In this document: positions 1-8,301 of the stretch, piece by piece
Numbering within the stretch: position 1 is the first letter of the stretch
Layout: every line of letters starts with the position of its first letter
Virus record (IMG/VR): IMGVR_UViG_3300012971_000027
Location: 1 to 45,943 of that record
DNA: 45,943 nucleotides
Direction: 5' to 3' (one strand)
From: a virus
Taxonomy: Duplodnaviria > Caudoviricetes
Translations under genes and position numbers: made by a program
The notes under the pieces: generated by a model
What the model was told of the DNA's origin: nothing
Seen by the model: the letters and a program-made list of their open reading frames with translations, nothing else
Database searches by the model: none

Positions 1-4
1 CGTT

Positions 5-1165
5 ATGCTGCAACCTGAGATGCGCAGCGTGGCACTATTGACGGCCGTGGTGCGTATGGCCCTCAACGCCGGACTGCAGGCCGACCAATTCGCCATGCAG
101 TGCTACGTCCAGAACGGGCGGCTGTGTCTGCAATCGCAAGCATTCCATGCACTAGCGCGACGCTTTCTCAACGGCGGATTGAAGGGCGAATATAAGGGCG
201 AGGGCAAAATGCGCCGCCTGGTCGTGCGCGGGCGTCTCAAGGGCGATCCCGACATCTACGAACATGAATCGCCGACCGTCGAGCACCTCCATCCCGGCCA
301 CTCGATGAAGGACGGGCGCCAGTTCGTGCGCGGTTCCCAACTTTGGGATCGCAAGCCGGACATGCAACTCTGGTACGACACGACAAGAGATTGGATTCGT
401 AAACACTGCCCGGAGGCGGTGCTCGGTCTCAGCGCGCCGGAGGAAGCCGACGAGTATGGGCTGCCGCCGATGAAGGATGTGACGCCGCCGAGACCAACGC
501 TCGCCGATCGACTTGATGCCGGCGACCACGCGCAGACCGAAGAAGGCCACCGCGGCGAAGAGCACATCCGTGAAGAACTCAACCGGATCGCGCCGAACGA
601 GGGACCGACCGCCTGGGTTGTGGTGCTCGAAGGCACGACGCTGCACGGCCACCGATACACGGAAGATACCCGCGTCGAGCTACCGGAACGGCTCGCCGAG
701 GAAATGCTCGCCCAAGGCACAGCGGTCCTGCCAGGAGTACCGAGCGAACGGCAGCCGGCGCGCAAAGCGAAAGTGCAGGCAAAAGAAAAGCGGCGGCGAG
801 GGCGGCCGCCGTCCAAGGCTGAAGTCAAGCGCGTCGCCGATCGGGCCGAGAAGCGGTCGAAGGAGATAATGAAGCCGAGACCGATGGCTCCATCCAAGCA
901 GATCCAGGCCGAGGAATTGGAGCTTGTTTCGGAAGTCCCCGAGCCGGCGAAGCAGAAAGCCGAAAAAGCCACGCTAGCCACGACGACGGAGCAGTACGTT
1001 CAGAATTGGCGCGTCATGATCGAGAACGCGCTCGATGCCGAAGCGCTGGTCGATTCTTGGCTTAAGGACCGCCCCCACCGCGACCAACTGGACGTGCCGA
1101 CCGATGTTCGTGTCGAGATCGGCAAGCTGATCGAGCAACGCGCCGACCAATTGAGCAACAGATGA
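5..1165 (+). CDS. RecT-like single-strand annealing protein with long C-terminal extension (possibly 5'-truncated by window edge)
   Basis: WDRKPDMQLWY...WIRKHCPEAVLGLSAPEE resembles the W..P..ML....R...P.VL.G...EE motif of phage RecT-like recombinases; frame is open to the window start. Confidence 0.6.
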   Translation: MLQPEMRSVALLTAVVRMALNAGLQADQFAMQCYVQNGRLCLQSQAFHALARRFLNGGLKGEYKGEGKMRRLVVRGRLKGDPDIYEHESPTVEHLHPGHSMKDGRQFVRGSQLWDRKPDMQLWYDTTRDWIRKHCPEAVLGLSAPEEADEYGLPPMKDVTPPRPTLADRLDAGDHAQTEEGHRGEEHIREELNRIAPNEGPTAWVVVLEGTTLHGHRYTEDTRVELPERLAEEMLAQGTAVLPGVPSERQPARKAKVQAKEKRRRGRPPSKAEVKRVADRAEKRSKEIMKPRPMAPSKQIQAEELELVSEVPEPAKQKAEKATLATTTEQYVQNWRVMIENALDAEALVDSWLKDRPHRDQLDVPTDVRVEIGKLIEQRADQLSNR

Positions 1166-1575
1166 GACTCAAGCGCCCACACGTTCCGATCACCGTCAGG
1201 GTTGCGGTGGCAGAACGTCAAATGAGAGAGTGCGGGCTCGCTCTACCGGAGCGCGGATCGGGGATTGCCCGATTGCATATGATGCTGTGGACGATGTTCG
1301 GCATGGAGCCCGTTCAATTGGACCACGAGCCCGCGCTCGAGCTGCGCGAGTTCAATGCGCGCCGGCACCAATTCAAGCCAGCCGCCAATGATCCCAACTA
1401 TCTGATCTGGCGCACGGCCGAGAACCATCGGATCAAGACATTTGTTCGCGGCGATGGCGCGCAGCTCTCCGACGCCGGCAAGCGCCGGAAAGAGATCAGG
1501 CGCAAACTCAAGGCTGGACGGATCAAGCGAGCGTGGCCCAAACGGAGACTGCGATGGAGAAAGCCTACACCTTAG
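1162..1575 (+). CDS. HNH-like endonuclease
   Basis: QLDHEPAL...N.P.YL...NHRIKT...D pattern of small phage HNH proteins with a basic tail; ATGA overlap with upstream gene. Confidence 0.55.
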   Translation: MRLKRPHVPITVRVAVAERQMRECGLALPERGSGIARLHMMLWTMFGMEPVQLDHEPALELREFNARRHQFKPAANDPNYLIWRTAENHRIKTFVRGDGAQLSDAGKRRKEIRRKLKAGRIKRAWPKRRLRWRKPTP

Positions 1576-1895
1576 ATGGGAAGGATTCCGGCTTTTATCT
1601 TCAGGAAACCGTCCGGCAACAATGGGCGGTTTTCGACGCCAACGGAATGATCAGGACCTTCAAGAACAAGGAAGCCGCGCAAGCCTGGGTCTATGCTAAG
1701 CGGCATATCCGGCCGAAGAGCCTGACGAAGGTCGAGGCGGCACGAACGATCTTGCGGCACGTCGTGCGATTGCAAGAGATTTGGCGGCTGACGCCCAACT
1801 CATTCCCGGCACTGCACCTGTTCGCAGATGTCGTCAACCGCCTGCCCGTCCTGGAGACTGAGTGCCGCCGAATAAGCGCGGAGGATATACAGTGA
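1554..1895 (+). CDS. Hypothetical protein
   Basis: GGAG SD before ATG at 1554; fits the + strand gene chain. Confidence 0.65.
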   Translation: MEKAYTLDGKDSGFYLQETVRQQWAVFDANGMIRTFKNKEAAQAWVYAKRHIRPKSLTKVEAARTILRHVVRLQEIWRLTPNSFPALHLFADVVNRLPVLETECRRISAEDIQ

Positions 1896-2113
1896 CCTTG
1901 TTCAGACCGCCACCACCGAGGAGCCGTCAAGAATGGCAAAGCATGACAAGCGAGAGCGAGAAGGAATTTCAGCAACAATGCCTGCGTCTGTGGGATCTGG
2001 GGAAGAACACGAAAGAGATAAGCCAAGAACTAATGCGGCCGGAACACGCCGTCGAAAGAGCGCTGCGGTTCGCCCGCGAGCAGCGGCGGCAAAGAAGCGA
2101 AAGCGAAAACTGA
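1892..2113 (+). CDS. Small HTH protein (GcrA N-terminus-like)
   Basis: GTGA overlap, GGAGG SD; LRLWDLGKNTKEISQELMRPEHAVERAL is an HTH pattern. Confidence 0.6.
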   Translation: MTLFRPPPPRSRQEWQSMTSESEKEFQQQCLRLWDLGKNTKEISQELMRPEHAVERALRFAREQRRQRSESEN

Positions 2114-2142
2114 AGCCGTTGCCGGCGCGGCAATATTTGAAA

Positions 2143-2343
2143 ATGCAACCGATCGAGCTGCGCCTGATCATGCGCAAGCTTCGGCTGCAAAGTCGCGACC
2201 TCGCCGATCTGTTCGACCAGGGCATCCGTACGGTTCGCCGGCACGTCAAAGGCGAGGCGCGGATCGACGGGCCGGAGCGAGCGGTTCTCCGCTTGCTCTA
2301 CCGCGGCAGGATAACCTTGCAAGAAATTCGAGCCACGATCTAG
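2143..2343 (+). CDS. Cro/Xre-like HTH DNA-binding protein
   Basis: LRLIMRKLRLQSRDLADLFDQGIRTVRRHVKGE..I; start could also be TTG at 2119. Confidence 0.65.
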   Translation: MQPIELRLIMRKLRLQSRDLADLFDQGIRTVRRHVKGEARIDGPERAVLRLLYRGRITLQEIRATI

Positions 2344-2383
2344 CACTTAGCTACATACTGGACCGCTAGGCCATTTTGGCCTA
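2336..2383 (+). promoter_or_regulatory. Intergenic motif CGATCTAGCAC-N3-GCTACATA plus inverted repeat TAGGCCA-TTT-TGGCCTA
   Basis: Perfect 7-bp inverted repeat at 2367-2383; the motif recurs on the - strand at 18506-18532. Confidence 0.35.
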
Positions 2384-2410
2384 AGCTTACTGCGGAAAGG
2401 GCACACTGAT

Positions 2411-2638
2411 ATGTCTGAGACACCAGCAAACGTTGTCAGCATTGAAGACTCGCCGAATTCGCCGCTTGGTATCATCGTTCAACGTCGCCGCTGGATAGCC
2501 AACCGCCGTAAAGAGCTCGACGCCATTTACACAGCCTATACCACAGAGGCGAACGCCCTTTACAACGAAGACATAGCCCTCAAGCACGCTGAAGAGACTG
2601 TTCGCGCCCTCGTCGGCCGCAAAAAAACCAACGGCTAG
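2411..2638 (+). CDS. Hypothetical helical protein
   Basis: ORF with AAAGGG SD-like sequence, fits gene chain. Confidence 0.65.
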   Translation: MSETPANVVSIEDSPNSPLGIIVQRRRWIANRRKELDAIYTAYTTEANALYNEDIALKHAEETVRALVGRKKTNG

Positions 2639-2643
2639 ATCAA

Positions 2644-3255
2644 ATGACCAACGAAAAACAAGCAGCAGTGATCTGCGACTTCTGCCGGCTATGGACCGCG
2701 CGGTCCTGGGATCAATGGTCGATCCGTCAGGAGAACATGCATCGGGCGCAGCACGTTGCCGAGATCGAAACCAAACAGCTCGGTTACCAGGTGCTGGCTC
2801 CCGCCATCTATCCCTGCCCACACTGCGGCGGGACCGCGTGGGCAACAGCAACGCCGCCGTCGGATGCGCCGCTATCGTTGCCGTCATCGCCGTTGCTGCG
2901 ATACATCATCGGAGCGCTCATCGCGGCCGCGGTCGGCTTTGTCACCGCTTTAACCTTGGTGACATCGAACGTATTTGGCGCCGAGCGCGTCCAGTGCGCG
3001 GCAGAGCCCGTGCGACCCATACGAACCCACTGGTCGTGGCGAGCCGGCATCGACGGCCGACCCGAGAGATGCTGGTTCCGCGGCTACATGCGTCCGGCAT
3101 CAGAGCTGACTTGGGGCGAGAACTCGTCGTCCCAAGCGGTGGAGCAGCCCGGGAGTGGTGTACCCTTTCCGGCTCCCGGCGCTGCATCCACCGAAGAGAA
3201 CGATATTTTCAAGCGACGATGGCCTCGACAGGAAGAGCTGAAGGAAAACCAATGA
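2644..3255 (+). CDS. Membrane protein with N-terminal CxxC...CxxC and C-terminal Cys/Trp domain
   Basis: CDFC/CPHC, hydrophobic helix YIIGALIAAAVGFVTALTLV, then C...HWSWR..IDGR..RCW. Confidence 0.6.
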   Translation: MTNEKQAAVICDFCRLWTARSWDQWSIRQENMHRAQHVAEIETKQLGYQVLAPAIYPCPHCGGTAWATATPPSDAPLSLPSSPLLRYIIGALIAAAVGFVTALTLVTSNVFGAERVQCAAEPVRPIRTHWSWRAGIDGRPERCWFRGYMRPASELTWGENSSSQAVEQPGSGVPFPAPGAASTEENDIFKRRWPRQEELKENQ

Positions 3256-3464
3256 GCGAACATCACAGCGACACGGGCACTGTTCTCAAGCCCGACGAGT
3301 ACGCCGCCGTGTGGTCGCCGCGCGACGGTTACAGCTTCCTTGCACCCGACAAATCGCCCGTTCCCCACGAGGCGTCTGCGCTGATGGCGGCGCTCGTGCG
3401 GCTTGAGGCTGACCCGGCCTTCCGCGGCGAGTTGGTGAAGTGGTTCTACGGGCGGAAGCAATGA
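3252..3464 (+). CDS. Hypothetical protein
   Basis: AAGGA SD, ATGA overlap at 3252 (MSEHHSD...); shorter than the track ORF. Confidence 0.65.
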   Translation: MSEHHSDTGTVLKPDEYAAVWSPRDGYSFLAPDKSPVPHEASALMAALVRLEADPAFRGELVKWFYGRKQ

Positions 3465-3494
3465 CGGTTTTTTCTTTCTGCGACAGGAGGCAAA

Positions 3495-3827
3495 ATGCAC
3501 AGGATAACGCTCGATGGTGACGCATTGATGCGGCAGGCCGGGATGACTGCCGAACATTATTTCATCGATGCGAGAGAGATGCTTGAGAAACATGGCGTTG
3601 ATCCAGCGCGTCGCACCGAGTTGATCATCGCATTCATGCAAGCGGCCGCGATCGACATGGCAGGGACGATCATTGCTCAGCAGGTGCGGGAGGGACTCGA
3701 CCGCGTGGCGACCGCCATCGACAATCTGCACGACAGTTTGCGTTCCGATCATCCGCAAGACGAGACGCTGCAAGGCATCGCATCGGTTCTCGAAGAGATT
3801 GCTGAAGCGGTCGGAAAGAGGAGATAG
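3495..3827 (+). CDS. Hypothetical protein
   Basis: Strong AGGAGG SD, helical composition. Confidence 0.75.
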   Translation: MHRITLDGDALMRQAGMTAEHYFIDAREMLEKHGVDPARRTELIIAFMQAAAIDMAGTIIAQQVREGLDRVATAIDNLHDSLRSDHPQDETLQGIASVLEEIAEAVGKRR

Positions 3828-3830
3828 CCC

Positions 3831-4265
3831 ATGAACTTCAAAGATGAATTAAACGAGCTGACCAAGGCCACGGCGGAATTGAATGAATTAAGCAAGATCA
3901 CGGCAACAACGCGCGATATTACAACCAAGCCAGCGCGCGAGGCTGATCCGATGATGCAGGCATGCGTTGCTGCCGCCGATCATGTGCGCGACATCCATAA
4001 GAAATATGAAGCGGAAGGAGAGGAGCTCGCAAAGCATCTGGAAGAGACGGGCGAGAATCTGCGCCGTTACTTCTGCGACGCCGCCGCCAAGATACGCGAG
4101 CTGCGCGTGGTGCCGCAGGAGATGGCCGAGCAAACCGCGGCCGATCTGATGCACATCGGTACGATCGAGACCGACCGCCATCACAAGGTGAGATCCGCCC
4201 TGCTCGGTGCCCGCGACGCATTGCAAATTCTCCTATCAGAAGGGAACGAAGATGAAGGCGCGTGA
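3831..4265 (+). CDS. Hypothetical coiled-coil protein
   Basis: GAGGAG SD; heptad-like helical sequence. Confidence 0.75.
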   Translation: MNFKDELNELTKATAELNELSKITATTRDITTKPAREADPMMQACVAAADHVRDIHKKYEAEGEELAKHLEETGENLRRYFCDAAAKIRELRVVPQEMAEQTAADLMHIGTIETDRHHKVRSALLGARDALQILLSEGNEDEGA

Positions 4266-4710
4266 GAGATACCGCCGCAGTCGCGAGGCGACAGGAACAA
4301 ATCTTGTGTGGGCGGTGACGCTGACGCTGGTGGCGGGAATAATTATCGTCGCAATCATGATCTTCGCGACCACGCGTTCCGCCCGCGCCCAAGATGCAAA
4401 TGCCAATTGCCGCGCAACGGCGGACTCGGTCGTCTTTGCCACCGGCAACCGCCAGCTCGCTAACCGCATCTACATGGGATGCAGAATATCAATGCCGCTG
4501 CCGATCGCCCTGCCTAAGCGCCGCACAACAGGGCGAGGAGGGAGGGACGTTCCTCCGATGATCCGTGCCCTCCCTCCACTATCTTCCAACGCGCTGGACG
4601 ACATCGGCAATCCGGCGCGCGGCATCACCCGCGCCGAGGTCGAGTTCGCGCTGATCGACTGGTGCTCGACGCATGCCGATGCAGCATTGTGCCGGAAGCT
4701 ACAGCGATGA
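4252..4710 (+). CDS. Single-pass membrane protein with Cys-containing exported domain
   Basis: ATG 4252, basic N-terminus then LVWAVTLTLVAGIIIVAIMIFAT; four Cys downstream. Confidence 0.65.
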   Translation: MKARERYRRSREATGTNLVWAVTLTLVAGIIIVAIMIFATTRSARAQDANANCRATADSVVFATGNRQLANRIYMGCRISMPLPIALPKRRTTGRGGRDVPPMIRALPPLSSNALDDIGNPARGITRAEVEFALIDWCSTHADAALCRKLQR

Positions 4711-4931
4711 AAACGATCGCGACCAAAAGAATGCAGCAGAGGATGACTGCGTTGGAAACAGAGGTCGCACGGCTAAGGAAGGCGATCGAGCAAGTGAACC
4801 TTAACGATGCGGAGCGCTATCGGTTGACGAGAGATCAGATCAGGCAGCTCATGCAGGAAATGCGCAAGCCGAGAAAAGCAAGAAAACGGCTCAACGTAAA
4901 AGAGCCGCCGATCTCATGCTGGCAATGGTAG
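4707..4931 (+). CDS. Small basic coiled-coil protein
   Basis: ATGA overlap at 4707. Confidence 0.6.
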   Translation: MKTIATKRMQQRMTALETEVARLRKAIEQVNLNDAERYRLTRDQIRQLMQEMRKPRKARKRLNVKEPPISCWQW

Positions 4932-4939
4932 GATAACAT

Positions 4940-5347
4940 ATGACTGACACGATTGACGGATTGCTGAGACAGTTCCGTTTAGAGACTACCAAAGAGTCGG
5001 TATTCGAGGCGTTCCTGGTGAGCTGCGGTGGACTGGTCAACATGATGGAGCGCCGCGATTGCACTGCTGCCAAGCTGGTCAAAGCGATCGCCGAATGGCA
5101 GCATCACGCCGACAATCTGGTCGACCAAAATAGGTGGCCTGCTTGCGCGGTATGCGCAAAACCGGTGCGGCACGGCGAGGTCACGGGCTTTTTCTGTGTG
5201 CTACCGATTAATCGCAACGCAGTAGGTCTTGTCGCGGCCATATGCGGGCAATGCGGAAATAAAGACGTTGATTTCCTGATTGCGAACGCTACGGACGCGA
5301 TACGGCAAGAGCTCGGATCGATGATAACAATCCATGGGATCCATTGA
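4940..5347 (+). CDS. Hypothetical zinc-binding protein
   Basis: AGGA SD; CAVC...CGQC. Confidence 0.65.
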   Translation: MTDTIDGLLRQFRLETTKESVFEAFLVSCGGLVNMMERRDCTAAKLVKAIAEWQHHADNLVDQNRWPACAVCAKPVRHGEVTGFFCVLPINRNAVGLVAAICGQCGNKDVDFLIANATDAIRQELGSMITIHGIH

Positions 5348-5586
5348 AAACAATGGCAGGGATCGACAATCGCATCAAGGCGATGACTGCGGCGCTCAGC
5401 GACAAGCTGGGACCACGCGACAAATTCTTTCTGATTGCTTATGAGGAAGTCGACCGGCTAGAGGATCTGCAGCCTGCTGGGGTTCAGGTTATGTCGAACT
5501 TGGACAGTGTCGCTCGGGCAGTAAAAATGCTCGAGGACATCATCGACCAGATGAGGCAAACGATTAGCACACAGAGAAGGAACTAA
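5344..5586 (+). CDS. Hypothetical protein
   Basis: TTGA overlap (alternative ATG 5353). Confidence 0.65.
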   Translation: MKTMAGIDNRIKAMTAALSDKLGPRDKFFLIAYEEVDRLEDLQPAGVQVMSNLDSVARAVKMLEDIIDQMRQTISTQRRN

Positions 5587-5587
5587 A

Positions 5588-5774
5588 ATGCCCCGGGGAT
5601 GACTGCTTATGCGAGCGCTGCGGCAAGCAGCCGCGCTATGGTCGCTTCAAGCGGTGCTTTGCATGCCTGCAGCGTGAGGTATGGCACCCAGCCAACGCCA
5701 AGATTAGCGAGACAGCGCGGCACAAGACAGCGCAGCACAAGATGCGGAGCCGTCAACCTCTATATCGAAATTGA
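5588..5774 (+). pseudogene. Zinc-finger ORF split from its ATG by a +1 shift (pseudogene, sequencing error or programmed frameshift)
   Basis: SD-ATG CCC CGG GGA TGA in frame 0; the +1 frame reads ..GDDCLCERCGKQPRYGRFKRCFACLQREVWHP...YRN* to 5774. Confidence 0.5.
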
Positions 5775-5780
5775 GATGTT

Positions 5781-6296
5781 TCACCGCGACTGGATGCGCT
5801 GCTCCATCGCGTCGATCCTGCGTATGTTCTGCTGCTGCTGCTCGTACATGCTGTCGATCACCTTGACGATCCGGTCGATGCGCTCGGCCAGCGAATCAAG
5901 GTTCTTGACGGCCACGTTGAGCGTGGTGAGCGCCGGCATGTTCTCGTCCTGCTTGCGCTCGACCTTGGTGAGCCGGTCACCTACGGCCACCAAGCGCTGA
6001 TCGAGAGCGTTGGTCTTGAGCGACCCGTCCTGGAACCACGAGTCCATGCGCTTCTCCAAAGTGCTCTCGCGTTCGATCAGATTGTTCAGCCGCGTCTCGT
6101 TGATGTTGGACTTGACCGTCCCCTCGTTGCGAAGCGTCGTAAGATACTCATCGTTCCTGGACACTTGGCCTTCGAGCCGAATGGCCCAGACCGCTATGGC
6201 CACGAACTGCGTTATCAAGAACGCCCACACCGGCAGCGGCACCGAGCCGATCCAACCCGCGAACTTTCGACCGTTCTCCTGCAGCTTCGCGATCAC
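5781..6296 (-). CDS. Membrane-anchored coiled-coil protein at end of lysis cassette (possible i-spanin-like)
   Basis: One N-terminal TM (VWAFLITQFVAIAVWAI) followed by a long heptad coiled coil. Confidence 0.55.
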   Translation of the reverse strand: MIAKLQENGRKFAGWIGSVPLPVWAFLITQFVAIAVWAIRLEGQVSRNDEYLTTLRNEGTVKSNINETRLNNLIERESTLEKRMDSWFQDGSLKTNALDQRLVAVGDRLTKVERKQDENMPALTTLNVAVKNLDSLAERIDRIVKVIDSMYEQQQQNIRRIDAMEQRIQSR

Positions 6297-6919
6297 TATG
6301 TCTCACCCGGATAGAGTTGAAGCCCTGGCACCGGGTTCCAAAACGTCTCGCGATTTATCCAGCGTGGATCCATCAGCAGCGCGACCAACACATCGGTCGG
6401 CGACACGCGATTGCGCGGCCAGACCATACGCTCCGGTTGCCAGAACCCGCCCACGTCTAGTGCCCACATCACCAGTTCGGCGCAGAACCAGTGCTCGTCG
6501 AGCCGCCAATCGCGCTGACCGGGAAACTTGTCACTGAGGAAATCCTTGAGACCGGAATTGTCGAAGCCCTTGCCCAACTGCGTACGGGCGATAGCCCTAA
6601 TGTCATCGGCACGATCGGTCTCGAGAATCATGCGGCGCCGATAGGCAAATTTCTGATAGCCCTGCGGTCTGATCGCCACGCCACGCGGGTTGCCTTCGAT
6701 CACCGGTGCCTTCGGATTGTCGGACGCACCGAGCATATTACCGTCAGGCATCATCATGTCGACATGCGAGAACGGCGAGTGGTTCAATCGCCTGATCCAA
6801 ATACTAGCAAAGTTGCGGTTGAACAGGATATGAAATGGGACGCATCGCAACCGCTGCGGCGTCCATGAATACCAGTCATCCGCGACAGTCGAGAATTGAA
6901 GCACGAGCTGGTCATTCAT
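6296..6919 (-). CDS. Permuted papain-like NlpC/P60 amidase (YiiX/YebB-like)
   Basis: N-terminal FSHVD, central A..QLGKGFD, C-terminal WFCAELV: His-before-Cys order of permuted NlpC/P60. Confidence 0.8.
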   Translation of the reverse strand: MNDQLVLQFSTVADDWYSWTPQRLRCVPFHILFNRNFASIWIRRLNHSPFSHVDMMMPDGNMLGASDNPKAPVIEGNPRGVAIRPQGYQKFAYRRRMILETDRADDIRAIARTQLGKGFDNSGLKDFLSDKFPGQRDWRLDEHWFCAELVMWALDVGGFWQPERMVWPRNRVSPTDVLVALLMDPRWINRETFWNPVPGLQLYPGET

Positions 6920-7197
6920 GTCGTTCGCTGCAACGAGGCCGCCGCTGTCGGCGTAATGGTCTTGCTATGACGACGCAGGGCTATAGTTGCTAGTCCGGCA
7001 ATGCCTTGGATCGTGAGCACGATATAAACCTGCGTCGCTGCATCCACATCGAATTTGCCTGAAGTCCACACCGAAAGCCCGGAGCAAACCCAACCGACGA
7101 CTTGCGTCCAATTGATTTTGCTCCACCAATCTGATTCGACGGTAACTTGCGCGACATCAGAACCGAGCTGTCCCATCACTGCATCCTTCGCCGTCAT
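6916..7197 (-). CDS. Putative holin (2 TM helices)
   Basis: ATGA overlap at 7197; WWSKINWTQVVG..., two hydrophobic segments, basic C-terminus; lysis cassette position. Confidence 0.6.
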   Translation of the reverse strand: MTAKDAVMGQLGSDVAQVTVESDWWSKINWTQVVGWVCSGLSVWTSGKFDVDAATQVYIVLTIQGIAGLATIALRRHSKTITPTAAASLQRTT

Positions 7198-7463
7198 CGG
7201 TAGCGCGCTCCATATAGGCTCGTCCGGTATCGCTCCATGCACGCCTTGCGTTGCTCCTTGGTGCGGAATTGACGCCGGCACAGCCGCCACTGCTTGAACC
7301 AAGCCAGCTCGGCTTTTGCCACTTCGCCGCCTACCACGCCGCCGGCACTGCCGAGCGCCGACACACCGAAGCTGCCGGCGGCGACACCACCGACGAGCGC
7401 CGTCACCGCCGCGCAACCCGAGAGCAGCGAGGCGGCAAGAATGATGGTGATCAGCCTAATCAC
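7194..7463 (-). CDS. Small lipoprotein (possible o-spanin-like)
   Basis: GTG start 7463; MIRLITIILAASLLSGC signal peptide with lipobox LSGC. Confidence 0.65.
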   Translation of the reverse strand: MIRLITIILAASLLSGCAAVTALVGGVAAGSFGVSALGSAGGVVGGEVAKAELAWFKQWRLCRRQFRTKEQRKACMERYRTSLYGARYR

Positions 7464-7690
7464 GGAGCGCCTCGCTTCATCTCGCGGAAATCTTGCGCAA
7501 AGTGCCTGATGTATCTGCCCGCAGGCCATACCCATCCGCCAGAGCCGCCTTCGTTGCCGTTGGCCGCAAACAGATCATGCGCTGCACTCTCGCAGCGTAG
7601 CGCCGCCGTCTCCATTGCATCGTTCCATGTTTTGTCAACGAGCGACAGCGTGCCGTCCAGGTTGCTATTAACAACTGTTGGTGTCGTCAT
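7460..7690 (-). CDS. Hypothetical protein
   Basis: Overlapping start/stop with both neighbours. Confidence 0.55.
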   Translation of the reverse strand: MTTPTVVNSNLDGTLSLVDKTWNDAMETAALRCESAAHDLFAANGNEGGSGGWVWPAGRYIRHFAQDFREMKRGAP

Positions 7691-7911
7691 TTCTTTGCCG
7701 ACTTGTTGCGCACATTCTCGGCGGCGACCAGCGCGTCGTGCGTTAGCTTGAGCAGATATTGCGTGCCCGCCGGCGACTCCAGCTTGTCGAGCGCCATCTG
7801 TTGCACGTTACCGATGAACGGCACGTTCTTTGGCAACAATTCAACCGCCCACTGCTCAACTTCCTTCTTAATGATATCGAACGAGGCGTTGGCTTCGTCT
7901 GTTGTTGGCAT
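7687..7911 (-). CDS. Hypothetical protein
   Basis: GGGAG SD; tight packing. Confidence 0.65.
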   Translation of the reverse strand: MPTTDEANASFDIIKKEVEQWAVELLPKNVPFIGNVQQMALDKLESPAGTQYLLKLTHDALVAAENVRNKSAKK

Positions 7912-7913
7912 GG

Positions 7914-8288
7914 TTAGCTCCCTGTGTATGTCCCGGGCACGTTGACGCCATTGACAACGATGGTGATCTCCGGTTTGTCGCCAGCGGCCTCGGCGCCGAA
8001 CTTCTTCTCCGCCTTCAGCTGCGCGACTTGTTTCTGCACCGCGGCGCAGACCAGATCCTCGACCTGCTTGGCAACCGAGGCAATCACCACCGCGCTCGCC
8101 CCGGCGCTGGCGTTAAAACCGGAGAGGATGGTGGTGATGACTGCAATGACGGCCTGCGCACTCGTCGTGAAGTTACAAGCCGACCTAATCTGATCAAGGA
8201 TGCCCTGGACAGTGGTGTCCGCTTGCTGCTGAGTGCAGCCGGCGATCGCCCAACCGGCGACGGCGCCCAAGAAAGTTCTGCGCAACAT
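7914..8288 (-). CDS. Lipoprotein with twin-arginine-like signal
   Basis: GGAGG SD, ATG 8288; MLRRTFLGAVAGWAIAGC (RRxFL plus lipobox IAGC). Confidence 0.7.
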   Translation of the reverse strand: MLRRTFLGAVAGWAIAGCTQQQADTTVQGILDQIRSACNFTTSAQAVIAVITTILSGFNASAGASAVVIASVAKQVEDLVCAAVQKQVAQLKAEKKFGAEAAGDKPEITIVVNGVNVPGTYTGS

Positions 8289-8301
8289 ATTTGGTCCTCC
8301 A

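Noticed and set aside
5710-5743. 15-bp tandem repeat AGACAGCGC(G/A)GCACA as CRISPR or att site
   Set aside because: Only two copies with no spacers; explained as a 5-codon duplication within the zinc-finger frame
5599-6000. + strand ORF of 133 aa
   Set aside because: Overlaps the well-supported - strand gene 5781..6296 and has shadow-like composition
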